The notes under the pieces are model-generated. The model was given only the letters and a program-made list of their open reading frames with translations. It made no database searches and was not told where the DNA came from. A stretch of 64,000 nucleotides of DNA. Origin: Eubacteriales bacterium. GTDB taxonomy: Bacteria; Bacillota; Clostridia; Oscillospirales; SIG627. Positions 55,601 through 63,922 of this stretch are shown here, piece by piece. The stretch covers positions 321-64,320 of the forward strand of contig JAZNYT010000010.1 in the NCBI GenBank assembly GCA_045594565.1, written 5' to 3'. Numbering within the stretch: position 1 is the stretch's first letter; every line of letters begins with the position of its first letter. The position numbers were made by a program, and so were the translations under genes.

Positions 55601-56185
55601 CTCTCTTGATATACGAAGGAGTCCTGAATTTGAGGTAGCTTCCTCGGCAATAAAATGATTCTGCACCTCAAGGTAGAAATCCTCTCCGAATATCTCCTTC
55701 ATTTCACGGGCATAAGATAGCGCCCCATCAAAATCTCCTGACAATATATACTGAGGTATTCGGCCTCCTATACAGGCAGAGAGGGCAATGAGTCCCTCGT
55801 GGTAGAGGCGAAGAGTTTTCATATCTATTCTCGGCTTTGAATAAAAGCCTTCGGTATGCGCTATTGAATTGAGCTTTATGAGGTTCTTATAGCCTTTTTC
55901 GTTTTTTACGAGAAGAACTAAATGGTAATTTTCGCGGTCGAGGGAATGAAGCTTGTCCTCAAGCCCTCTCGATGCCATGTACATCTCACATCCGATAATA
56001 GGCTTGACGCCTGCTTTTTTCGCTGCCTTGTAAAAATCCACCGCACCGTACATTACGCCGTGGTCGGCTATGGCACCAGCCTTCTGACCGTGCTCTTTCA
56101 CGCGGTCAAAAAGAGAGTCTATACGGCAAGCGCCGTCAAGCAGACTGTATTCGGTATGAAGGTGAAGATGTACGAAATCCGCCAT
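52673..56185 (-). CDS. dnaE: DNA polymerase III alpha subunit (DnaE-type)
   Basis: 1170 aa. PHP N-terminus FVHLHLHTEYSLLDG, and polymerase core motifs PDFDIDF and RPGPM. Confidence 0.95.
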   Translation of the reverse strand: MADFVHLHLHTEYSLLDGACRIDSLFDRVKEHGQKAGAIADHGVMYGAVDFYKAAKKAGVKPIIGCEMYMASRGLEDKLHSLDRENYHLVLLVKNEKGYKNLIKLNSIAHTEGFYSKPRIDMKTLRLYHEGLIALSACIGGRIPQYILSGDFDGALSYAREMKEIFGEDFYLEVQNHFIAEEATSNSGLLRISREENIPLVATNDVHYLDKTDADSHAVLMCIQTNTTIDGGRPEGFKTDEFYLKSTEEMETLFRAFPEAIENSGKIADKCNFDFDFDAHFLPSFKNNEGMTNEDYLKKLVREGLDRIFRESHVDSDEKEEYRKRVDYELSVIIEMGFCEYFLIVRDFVNYAKSHGIPVGPGRGSGAGSLAAYCLGITGIDPIKHKLLFERFLNPERVSMPDFDIDFCQERRHEVIEYVAEKYGQSHVSQIITFNTMAARAVVRDVGRAMGMPYANVDEVARLIPRRLDMTIDKAIDEVGELKDKYLTFPDVKRLINISRTLEGMPRHASVHAAAVVITDNPVSEYVPLCTSGDAVITQYPMNTIADLGLLKIDFLGLRYLTVIDTAVRMIKKTNPSFDLSKIDYEDKKVFEYVSDGNTSGMFQIESHGMKNVIMRLRPQSVEDITAAIALYRPGPMDAIPKYIENSKKRSEITYDPPCLKDILSLTYGCIVYQEQVMQIFREVAGYSYGHADIVRRAMAKKKADVMESERGTFIEGAVSRGVDKKRAEQLFDDMAEFAKYAFNKSHACAYSYLTYQTAYLKCYYPKQYMASLITSTLDDEEKVNFYVSDCRSCGIKVLPPDINESDAGFGITDDGIRFGLLAVKNVGINFVNAIVLERENGRFRDFEDFLQRMSTVTLNRKMVESLIFAGALDEFPHSRSEKVGVLDSAITTLSDMNRRNVTGQLDLFSEGDTGETLFKLTYPELTPDTLTERLNMEKSVTGVYLSGHPLDDYKKESRRCAAITDIRLSLENDTGDYREGQVVDILGVVGEKKIKDTKTGALMAFFTIFDVSSSAEVVVFSKTYESTASLIDKDKVVVVKSEISQKDDEVKLLARGIRYAVPDDKFTDTQPEAKVFPKMIRYGEDVKPRIEQKRDTAPSKIYVRLKTHDEPLLKRVGALVGIFDGNVPVIIFVEDEKKQFRLVGALADASGELIESLGKLVGKENVVVK

Positions 56186-56209
56186 TTTTGTCCTTTCCTT
56201 ACGTTTTTT

Positions 56210-57139
56210 CTATTCTTTTGATAACTCCACGAGCTTTTTCATTCTGTGGTTAAGTCCCGAGCGGGAAATCCCCCCTTCATAGAGTAAAGCAAGTGAGGAA
56301 AGCGGCTCCTCGGGATACTTTTCTCTCAGCTCCGCCGTCTTTTTAAGCTCATCGGGGAGTGAGGAATATTTTCCGCTATCACGTAATTTTTTTATTGCAT
56401 AGCACACCTCAACCGATGCGGTAACCGTTTTTTTGGTGTTTGCATTCTCGCAGTTACAGCTTCTGTTAAGGGAATTCATAGTTTCTTTTTCTATTGTTCG
56501 CTCTATAATGTCAAGGCTCACGCTTTCGGCACCGATAAGGGTAAAAAAGCTCTCTACTCTTTCGCTTCCCTTGATATATACCACGTATGAGGTGCCCCTC
56601 TTGGTAAGCTTGCCCTCGATATAAGGTGACAGAAATTTCAAGAAGGACTCTGCCGTCTTTTTGTCACCCAGTACAAACTCCACGCGGTAATCACGTTCGG
56701 GGTCGGTTATGTTTCCTGCTCCTAAAAAAGCGCCTCTCAAAAAGAAGCTTAAGCAGTTGGGGCAAACCGAAGCAAACGAAAAATCAAGCTCTTCGTCAAA
56801 AAACTTATCGCGCAAATCCTGACCCACAAGCTCCTTCTTGAAGGATACCTCGAATTTCCTCTTACCCGCCCTTTCTCTCTCTCTGACGGTTGGTACTGCA
56901 AGAAAATGTTGTATCATTATATAGGTGCATATTTCGAGAAGCTTTTCGTTGTCAAGAGATAGGGTCATCGTTTCCTTATCAAGCTTTTTTGAAAGTAGTG
57001 TTACTCCGTAGAAAAAAGCAAGAGAGCAGCATTTGTCGGTAAGCTTCCCTTTATTTATGCCGTGAAGCCCTATCCCCTTTGCCGTCTTTTCGGAAAGCTT
57101 TTCCTTGACGGTCATACTGTATGAAGGATTGAAGCTCAA
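56210..57139 (-). CDS. whiA: DNA-binding protein WhiA
   Basis: 309 aa. LAGLIDADG-like core (FLRGAFLGAGNITDPERDYRVEF) and a C-terminal HTH (LSSLALLYEGGISRSGLNHRMKKL). Confidence 0.9.
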   Translation of the reverse strand: MSFNPSYSMTVKEKLSEKTAKGIGLHGINKGKLTDKCCSLAFFYGVTLLSKKLDKETMTLSLDNEKLLEICTYIMIQHFLAVPTVRERERAGKRKFEVSFKKELVGQDLRDKFFDEELDFSFASVCPNCLSFFLRGAFLGAGNITDPERDYRVEFVLGDKKTAESFLKFLSPYIEGKLTKRGTSYVVYIKGSERVESFFTLIGAESVSLDIIERTIEKETMNSLNRSCNCENANTKKTVTASVEVCYAIKKLRDSGKYSSLPDELKKTAELREKYPEEPLSSLALLYEGGISRSGLNHRMKKLVELSKE

Positions 57140-58056
57140 ATCTTCCCCTCCCCATCGGGTGAAAGGTATTTTACCTCACACTCTATTATAACGCCCTCTT
57201 TTTCGTATACCTTTTCTCGAACGGCAGAAATGAGAGATATCATATCGGAGGCGGTAGCACTACCGTCACTCACGAGAAAGCCTGCGTGCTTCTCCGAAAC
57301 GAAAGCGCCTCCCACGCGAAAGCCCTTAAGCCCTGCATCCTCTATCATCTTACCTGTGAATCTGCCGGGGTATCTTTTAAAGGTGGAGCCTGCGCTGGGG
57401 TATTCGAGAGGCTGCTTATCACGTCTTGCCTTAAGGTGCTCCTCCTCTTTTGCCTGAATTTCAAGAGGGTCGCCCTCATTTAATTTCATAGTACAGGAAA
57501 TTATTATCTTATCACTTCCCGAGTATGCACTGTGACGGTAAGAAAAATCCTGCTCTTCCCCCACAAGTGTACCGAATCCAAAAGTTGGAGAATAGTAATC
57601 GGAGGATACAGTTATATCCTTCATTTCACCGCCGTATGCACCTGCATTCATATACACCGCACCGCCAACGCTTCCGGGTATTCCGCAAAGGCATTCCATC
57701 CCCGAAAGCCCGCGCTTTCCCGCTGCTCTCGAAAGAGCGGTAAGCCCTGCTCCGCATTCGGCACGAACTGTTGTACCCTCGAATTCTATGCCGTTTATAT
57801 CCGAAGTGAATATGATAACACCGCGGTACCCTTCATCTGAAACGAGAAGGTTGGAGCCCCGTCCTACAACGTAGTACGAAAGTCCCGTATCCTTCGCAAG
57901 AGTCACCGCACCTCTGAGCTCGTCGGCAGATTTAGGAAAGAGTGCAACATCGGCAATGCCACCTATCTTGAAGGTGGTATATTCACTCATTTTAGCGCCT
58001 TGTTTAACGTTCCATTTATTTGAAGCTTCCTTTAAGAAAAGCTCGGTTTTTGTCAT
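57136..58056 (-). CDS. murB: UDP-N-acetylenolpyruvoylglucosamine reductase
   Basis: 306 aa. ...TTFKIGGIADVALFP...VVGRGSNLLVSDEGYRGVII...GSVGGAVYMNAGAYG... Confidence 0.93.
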   Translation of the reverse strand: MTKTELFLKEASNKWNVKQGAKMSEYTTFKIGGIADVALFPKSADELRGAVTLAKDTGLSYYVVGRGSNLLVSDEGYRGVIIFTSDINGIEFEGTTVRAECGAGLTALSRAAGKRGLSGMECLCGIPGSVGGAVYMNAGAYGGEMKDITVSSDYYSPTFGFGTLVGEEQDFSYRHSAYSGSDKIIISCTMKLNEGDPLEIQAKEEEHLKARRDKQPLEYPSAGSTFKRYPGRFTGKMIEDAGLKGFRVGGAFVSEKHAGFLVSDGSATASDMISLISAVREKVYEKEGVIIECEVKYLSPDGEGKI

Positions 58057-58071
58057 AACTTATACTCCAAA

Positions 58072-59010
58072 TTATCTTTCTTCGGGAGCGTCAATATTTC
58101 CCATAAGCTTTTTATTGAATTCAACCGCAGTATTGTAGCCCATCTTCTTCTGGCGGTGATTCATAGCGGCAATCTCTATAATTACCGCAAGGTTTCTACC
58201 CGGCTTTACAGGGACGGTTATACTGGGAATCTGTAGTCCCATTATATCGGTGTACTCGGTTTCAAGACCGAAGCGGTCGTAAAACTTATCCTTGTCCCAA
58301 AGCTCAAGGTTTATAATAAGGTCTATCTTTTCTGTGTTCTTTACGGCACCCATACCGAAGATTCGTCTTACGTCAACGATACCGATACCTCTCAGCTCAA
58401 TATAGTGGCGAATGATTTCGGGGGCTGAACCGACAAGAGTCTTATCCGATACTCGTCTTATTTCAACCGAGTCGTCGGCAACAAGTCGGTGTCCTCGCTT
58501 TACAAGCTCTATCGCCGCTTCGCTCTTACCTATTCCGCTATCGCCCGTAATAAGAATACCCTCGCCGTATACCTCGACGAATACGCCGTGCTGTGAAATC
58601 ATGGGGGCGAGCTTTACGCTGAGCGACGAAATAAGAGCCGCCATAAACTGTGAGGTTTTTTGACCCGTATGAAGAAGAGGCACTCTATGCTTTTCCGCAA
58701 GCTTGGAAATACCGTCCATTACCTTTTCGTTGTGGGAAAGAATAACGCAAACAGGCTTTCTTGCAAAAAATGCGTCAAGCTTGGAAAATCTCTCCTCCTC
58801 CGAAAGGCTTTCAAGATATCCGTATTCAACCATACCGATAACCTGAATACGACCGTTGTCGAAAAAGTCGAAAAAGCCCGCAAGAGGAAGACCCGGTCTG
58901 TTTACCTCGTTCTTTGTTATATGTATATTTTCACCATCCTCGGGAAGATAAACCGACGTGAGAGAAAACTCCTTTATCAATTCCCCCAGTGTGCAGAAAA
59001 TTTCATCCAT
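58072..59010 (-). CDS. hprK: HPr kinase/phosphorylase
   Basis: 312 aa. ...HGVFVEVYGEGILITGDSGIGKSEAAIELVKRGHRLVADD...ELRGIGI... Confidence 0.93.
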   Translation of the reverse strand: MDEIFCTLGELIKEFSLTSVYLPEDGENIHITKNEVNRPGLPLAGFFDFFDNGRIQVIGMVEYGYLESLSEEERFSKLDAFFARKPVCVILSHNEKVMDGISKLAEKHRVPLLHTGQKTSQFMAALISSLSVKLAPMISQHGVFVEVYGEGILITGDSGIGKSEAAIELVKRGHRLVADDSVEIRRVSDKTLVGSAPEIIRHYIELRGIGIVDVRRIFGMGAVKNTEKIDLIINLELWDKDKFYDRFGLETEYTDIMGLQIPSITVPVKPGRNLAVIIEIAAMNHRQKKMGYNTAVEFNKKLMGNIDAPEER

Positions 59011-59203
59011 TTCATTTACCTCTTTTCTCCATATACTTATACATGGTATATTATACTATATTAAATATAAAATTACAATAGGAAAATAAAAAAGTCGCCT
59101 TCGGCAACCGATGTTTGCTAACGCTCACGATTTTATAGGTAGACTTTATTTGTTACACGCAAATTGCGATGCAATTTCCTATGTAATAAAAAAACAAACT
59201 TTG

Positions 59204-59232
59204 TTGAAAAAAGCTATGATTTATGATATAAT
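59204..59232 (+). promoter_or_regulatory. sigma-A type promoter upstream of the ECF sigma gene
   Basis: TTGAAA 59204-59209, 17-nt spacer, TGATATAAT with the -10 at 59227-59232. Confidence 0.6.
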
Positions 59233-59276
59233 TCTATCATGAATTATATCATTTTGAATTAAGCAGGGGTGACGTT

Positions 59277-59849
59277 TTGTTTTTATTATTTCTAATTGAG
59301 ACCTTTGACAAAAAAAACGGCAAACTTTTAAGAGTGCTTGTCGAAGAACACAGCGATAAGCTTTATTCTATCGCTTATTCCTATTTGAAAAATCATCATG
59401 ATGCAAAGGATGCAGTTCAAGACGTTTTTATAAACGTTTATAAAAATATTGAATTTTTTTATGAGTTAGAGCGTGACAAAAGGGTATCTTTGCTCGTTAA
59501 GTATACGAGAAACAAAGCTATCGACTACATAAGACGCAAAAAACGCCGTCCCGACACCATTTCTCTTTCTTATGAAATCGAAGATGAAGAAATAAACTAT
59601 GAAATACCCGACTTCACGAATACGCCTGAAGAAAAGTATCTCGAAAAAGAAGCGCTTGAAAAAGTTGCAGAGCTGATTTCCACCCTTCCCGACGCTCAAC
59701 GCGAGGTAGTTGAAATGAGGTATCGGTATTCAATGTCCAACCGTGAGATAGCCGAGGCTCTTAATATTAACACAAGTGCGGTAACGTCAAGAATGAATCG
59801 TGCAAAAAGCACTCTTCTAAAGCTCTTGAAAGGAGAAAATGATGAATAG
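59277..59849 (+). CDS. ECF-type RNA polymerase sigma-70 family factor
   Basis: 190 aa, TTG start. Region 2 LYSIAYSYLKNHHDAKDAVQDVFINVY...TRNKAIDYIRRKK; region 4 LPDAQREVVEMRYRYSMSNREIAEALNINTSAVTSRMNRAKSTL. Confidence 0.85.
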   Translation: MFLLFLIETFDKKNGKLLRVLVEEHSDKLYSIAYSYLKNHHDAKDAVQDVFINVYKNIEFFYELERDKRVSLLVKYTRNKAIDYIRRKKRRPDTISLSYEIEDEEINYEIPDFTNTPEEKYLEKEALEKVAELISTLPDAQREVVEMRYRYSMSNREIAEALNINTSAVTSRMNRAKSTLLKLLKGENDE

Positions 59850-60552
59850 GTCAGACTCACTTGACTTTTTGATTATGAAGGCAATTCCGTACGTCAAAGA
59901 TACCGACCTTGAAATATATCTTTCCGCCAACCCCCACCTTACCCTATCGGAGAAAGAGAAAGAGAAAATCTTAAAACGTGCCGAAAAAGAAAAGCGTTAT
60001 TCAGACAGTCACAAGAAATACCGCCCCGTTTACGAAGCAATCAGGCGTGTTGCAGTGGTCGTGCTTATAGTTACCTCTATACTCTTTGCCTCTGCCATGA
60101 GTGTTAAAGCTGTAAGAGAAGCCGTATGGGAAATAATCGTGGGATGGTACGAAGAATATATAAGGCTTGATTTCACGAAAGACGCTTCAATCACGGAAAA
60201 CAAAACAAATACGGCGTTGGAGTTTGAATATAAAGAACCTTCCCTTAACGAGGGATATGAAAGATACGTAATATCACAAAAGCCAAACCGTTTCTTCGTC
60301 GAATACGAAAAAGGTGAAATTCTAATTTGTTATTCTCAAACCTTACTTGACGGTCATAATATAACAATCACCAACAATGATACTACGGTAACGGAAATCA
60401 TTATAAATAATTATAACGGCTATGCATTTTACTATAAAAGAGACAATATGGAACAAAACGAAATTATGTGGGAGGACAATACATACATTTACTCGCTTAG
60501 TGCCAATCTTCCTCTCGACGAACTAAAAGCAATTGCTAAAACGATAGAATAA
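59839..60552 (+). CDS. single-pass anti-sigma factor candidate with DUF4367-like extracellular domain
   Basis: 237 aa, overlapping the sigma gene by 11 nt. TM segment VAVVVLIVTSILFASAM. The C-terminal IMWEDNTYIYSLSANLPLDELKAIAKTIE fits the DUF4367 pattern. Confidence 0.65.
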   Translation: MMNRSDSLDFLIMKAIPYVKDTDLEIYLSANPHLTLSEKEKEKILKRAEKEKRYSDSHKKYRPVYEAIRRVAVVVLIVTSILFASAMSVKAVREAVWEIIVGWYEEYIRLDFTKDASITENKTNTALEFEYKEPSLNEGYERYVISQKPNRFFVEYEKGEILICYSQTLLDGHNITITNNDTTVTEIIINNYNGYAFYYKRDNMEQNEIMWEDNTYIYSLSANLPLDELKAIAKTIE

Positions 60553-60556
60553 ATAT

Positions 60557-60586
60557 ATGACGGCAGAAAAACTGCCGTCATTTTTT
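60557..60586 (+). terminator. intrinsic terminator
   Basis: ATGACGGCAG-AAAAA-CTGCCGTCAT running into TTTTTT. Confidence 0.85.
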
Positions 60587-60723
60587 ATAAACTGTGCCGA
60601 TATTTTTTGACACATTTTACAAATTTTAGATTTTTTGCAAAAAACTTAAAAAATCGCGTGATATTTCTCACCTTTCTTTCGTTATGGTAAACGAAGGACT
60701 ATAAAAAGAAGGGAGGTGAAAAT

Positions 60724-61137
60724 ATGAAAAAGACAATATCTCTCACACTCGCAATACTTATGCTTTTTTCCTTCTCGGCTACTGCCGCCGATATAGGAGA
60801 AAACGAAATTCAGCCCCTATGGAACTATATGAACGGCGTGGAATATGACTTTACAATTTCTTCGGGTGATGGTAATGCATGGATAATGGTTAAACGCTCC
60901 ACAGGCATTACAACAAAAATTGAAGCAAGCATTGCAATCTATGAGCAAGTTGGTTCTTATTGGTTTTTGGTTGACGGAGACTATACCGAATCGACACAAA
61001 GCGTAGATTTGGAAGTAACCATTCCCACCGAAAGCGGAAAGAAGTACAAGGCAGTATTTGAAGTCGTCGCTTATAGTGGTACAAACAGCGAAACCTTCGA
61101 AGACACTATTATCAAAACAGCACCGTCGATAAACTAA
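60724..61137 (+). CDS. small secreted protein, function unknown
   Basis: 137 aa. Signal peptide MKKTISLTLAILMLFSFSATA-AD. The mature part looks beta-rich. GGGAGGTG RBS. Confidence 0.6.
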   Translation: MKKTISLTLAILMLFSFSATAADIGENEIQPLWNYMNGVEYDFTISSGDGNAWIMVKRSTGITTKIEASIAIYEQVGSYWFLVDGDYTESTQSVDLEVTIPTESGKKYKAVFEVVAYSGTNSETFEDTIIKTAPSIN

Positions 61138-61236
61138 ATCACTTACTTTCCCAAAAGCCATTCTCTCGCATTTAAGTTGTGGTACGGGAGCAAGGCGAAG
61201 GGAAATAAAATCTAAAAGAAAGGAATCTTATTTACT

Positions 61237-62430
61237 ATGAAAAAATTTTTATCATTATTACTCTCAATCGTTATGCTGTTTTCTCTTTCTGCAAGTGCTT
61301 TTAACGCTCAAAGCGAAGCCTCGACTGAAGCGGATTTTATTACAGTTGAAGACTGTTACCGTGCGGGAGAAAAATGGATAACCGCAAATTACGACAGTGA
61401 AACAGAAATATCAAGCGTTATACCCGTCAAAGATTTCAACGAAGAAATAAACGGATACTGCATCAATTTTCAAACCAGTGGCGAGCCCAATGGATATCTC
61501 TTGATAAACGCAAGAAAAGACTCAACAATGTTCATACGAGAATTTTCATTAGACGGAAATGGAATTTATGAACAATTATCAATAAACAGTAATATTACTA
61601 AAAACATTGAACCTGCAATATACACAACAGATTCTTTTCAATACGCAATAAAATACAAAGATAACAACGAAGTTAAAGTGTACAACAGTGATAGCACTAC
61701 GATGTCATTAAGCGAAGCAAAAGTTAAATTTTCGGAAAGCACACTTACAAAAGACGTCGCTAATACAGCTTTAAATAACCAATCTGCAAAACCTTTAAGC
61801 GATAAAGAAGAAATTTATGATTTGTTTTTCAATAGTGCTGATCTTTTAAACTACACCAGTGAAAACAATTATGTTATTCCCGGAACCGCCTCTTTCGATT
61901 TCTACACCATGGATACATTAAGGACAGGACTCAATCGAGGTAATTGCGCCCCCACTGCTCTCACAAATCTTTGCCTTTATTACTACCACAACGGTTTATC
62001 AAATATTCTAAAGAATAACAGTGTTTGTGATACGTACGACGAATTAGTAACACAAATAGGATTTAATCCAAATATTGATGGCGAAGAAGGTCCTTCTAGG
62101 GACAATATCATCCCCGGTTTGCAGGATTACGTTAGAAGCAGATCATATAACACAGCACTATTCGTTCCAGTTTTGAATCTGTGGGTTTATTATAAATTTG
62201 GTTTTGACGAAGGAGTTCCTTGTGTTATTTTTGTCGATGGATACAAACTTGAAGAAAATGTTTGGGAAACCACCGCACATGCTATAATTGGTATCGGATA
62301 CAGAGTACTAACAGATAACACTAGATACATAAGAGTTGTTGATGGGTGGATATCTTCCAATTCCAGATTTTTAAATTACGACTCGGAATACCTCTTAGAC
62401 ATTGAAGGAACTTTCACCGATATTTATTAA
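61237..62430 (+). CDS. secreted papain-fold cysteine peptidase, streptopain-like (C10-type) with N-terminal pro/inhibitor-like domain
   Basis: 397 aa. Signal peptide ...LFSLSASAFNA. Pro-region ...INGYCINFQTSGEPNGYLLINARKDSTMFIREFSLDG. Candidate catalytic Cys in GNCAPTALTNLCLYYYH and His in TTAHAIIGIGY. Confidence 0.6.
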   Translation: MKKFLSLLLSIVMLFSLSASAFNAQSEASTEADFITVEDCYRAGEKWITANYDSETEISSVIPVKDFNEEINGYCINFQTSGEPNGYLLINARKDSTMFIREFSLDGNGIYEQLSINSNITKNIEPAIYTTDSFQYAIKYKDNNEVKVYNSDSTTMSLSEAKVKFSESTLTKDVANTALNNQSAKPLSDKEEIYDLFFNSADLLNYTSENNYVIPGTASFDFYTMDTLRTGLNRGNCAPTALTNLCLYYYHNGLSNILKNNSVCDTYDELVTQIGFNPNIDGEEGPSRDNIIPGLQDYVRSRSYNTALFVPVLNLWVYYKFGFDEGVPCVIFVDGYKLEENVWETTAHAIIGIGYRVLTDNTRYIRVVDGWISSNSRFLNYDSEYLLDIEGTFTDIY

Positions 62431-62513
62431 GCGAAAAAATTAAATACATTTTATTTTTTACCGATCACTAATACAAAAATTTATGTATAAGCAAAAATAT
62501 AAATAGCCTTTAA

Positions 62514-62543
62514 TTGACAAAACTAATGCCGTTGCAGTATAAT
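62514..62543 (+). promoter_or_regulatory. sigma-A promoter
   Basis: TTGACA 62514-62519, 18-nt spacer, TATAAT 62538-62543. Confidence 0.6.
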
Positions 62544-62594
62544 GAACTTGTAGTATAATAGTGTTATACTGCAATGCACTTAAAAGAGGTAATC

Positions 62595-63098
62595 ATGAAA
62601 AAAACATTTTTAACAGTTGCTTTTTCTATAATCTTAATAGTTCTATCGGTGTCAATCTTGCTTTTGTCAATTAAGATACACCGTCAGCAAAGAGAGATTC
62701 ACGACCTCGTGCTTTTATCGGCAAGTGATATAGGAATAAACGAAATCAGAAATATTGAAGGTGCGAGTGTAAAAACAAGCGTTGCGGTGGGACCAATGAA
62801 AGAAAAAATTGATGACCTTGAGCCTGTCAACGAAATTCTCGAGATTTTAAGAAACTCGGTTTACCAAAAGGCGAAAGAGCCTGAAAAAGAACATAAGCCA
62901 AATCCCGGAAGCGGTGCAACTTGGTTGACCTTGACTACAAAAGACGGAGAATTTACGCTTGGAAGCAAGGGAAAACTATTCTATTTTCGTATAGGAAATG
63001 AAACAAATTATTACATATGCTCCAATAAAGCTCAGTTTTACACAAAGCTTGTAGAAATTATGGATATGATAAACGGACGGGGATCTTATAACGGATAG
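62595..63098 (+). CDS. membrane-anchored hypothetical protein
   Basis: The ORF track starts at 62574. ATG 62595 (MKKTFLTVAFSIILIVLSVSILLLSI...) follows AAAGAGG. It has a single N-terminal TM segment. Confidence 0.6.
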   Translation: MKKTFLTVAFSIILIVLSVSILLLSIKIHRQQREIHDLVLLSASDIGINEIRNIEGASVKTSVAVGPMKEKIDDLEPVNEILEILRNSVYQKAKEPEKEHKPNPGSGATWLTLTTKDGEFTLGSKGKLFYFRIGNETNYYICSNKAQFYTKLVEIMDMINGRGSYNG

Positions 63099-63109
63099 GA
63101 GGACATCAC

Positions 63110-63380
63110 ATGTTCAAAAAATCACTTATTTTAATTTTGTTTTAACTTTTCTTCTCTTTTCTACGATACGAACAGAGATAAAATAGTAAACGTTGACCCA
63201 TTAAACGACGGCAATCGCTACGTGGGGTACGTAAGCGAAGATTATCTCATTTTTGAAGCACACAAATTCATCCCTGACGAATCGGTGGGAGATGGTGCTA
63301 TCACAACAGAAGCACTTACTTACTACTATATCAAAATTGATACACAAAGCAAAAAACATTTTAATGAAGGGCGACAATGA
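63110..63380 (+). pseudogene. frameshifted small exported-protein gene (or sequencing error in a T-run)
   Basis: AGGAGG (63097-63102) then ATG 63110 gives MFKKSLILILF followed by a stop at 63143. The +1 frame is open from 63135 (FCFNFSSLFYDTNRDKIVNVDPLNDGNRYVGYV...HFNEGRQ). It ends in an ATGA overlap with the next gene. Confidence 0.4.
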
Positions 63381-63922
63381 AAAATATTTATTTAATACTA
63401 CTCGTGGTATGTATGTTATTATCTTCCTGTCAGCAAAAAACTGTAACCCCTCCTGAAATTTCAACCATAAGAAACTCACAGATTGAATCTTTGATAGACA
63501 ATGACAGACTGTTTTATAAATATACGCACTGGGATTCTGCATCGCTTAGCGTAGACTATACTATCAAAGATGACACAGGGGAATATTATAAAATCATACA
63601 AGAAGACCTTGACACTTTTTCAGAATGGGAAGATTTTGCAAAAGAAACCTATTCTATGGAACTCCTTGAGGACAAATTAAATATATTAAAAGAAACAATA
63701 AAAAATATTGATGGTGATGCCTACGTTCGCCCCGCAAGCAGAGGTAATCCAGTTTCGCAGGACTACACCTATGAAATCGTTAGCTTTGACGAAAGAAACG
63801 CTATGATTGAAGTGAATTTTACAAGTCTTCACGAGGAAGATTACGGAGAAATCATCACTTACACGTACAAAATGACAAAGGAAGAAAATGGTTGGAGAAT
63901 AACCGACTTCAGTCAAGATTAA
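63377..63922 (+). CDS. hypothetical lipoprotein
   Basis: 181 aa. MKNIYLILLVVCMLLSSC with lipobox LSSC. Confidence 0.65.
   Translation: MKNIYLILLVVCMLLSSCQQKTVTPPEISTIRNSQIESLIDNDRLFYKYTHWDSASLSVDYTIKDDTGEYYKIIQEDLDTFSEWEDFAKETYSMELLEDKLNILKETIKNIDGDAYVRPASRGNPVSQDYTYEIVSFDERNAMIEVNFTSLHEEDYGEIITYTYKMTKEENGWRITDFSQD

Noticed and set aside
56210-59010. hprK-murB-whiA adjacency without the rapZ (yvcJ) and yvcK genes that usually precede whiA in Firmicutes
   Set aside because: This is only a gene-order difference. The missing genes may lie elsewhere in the genome, and nothing in the sequence suggests a deletion scar.
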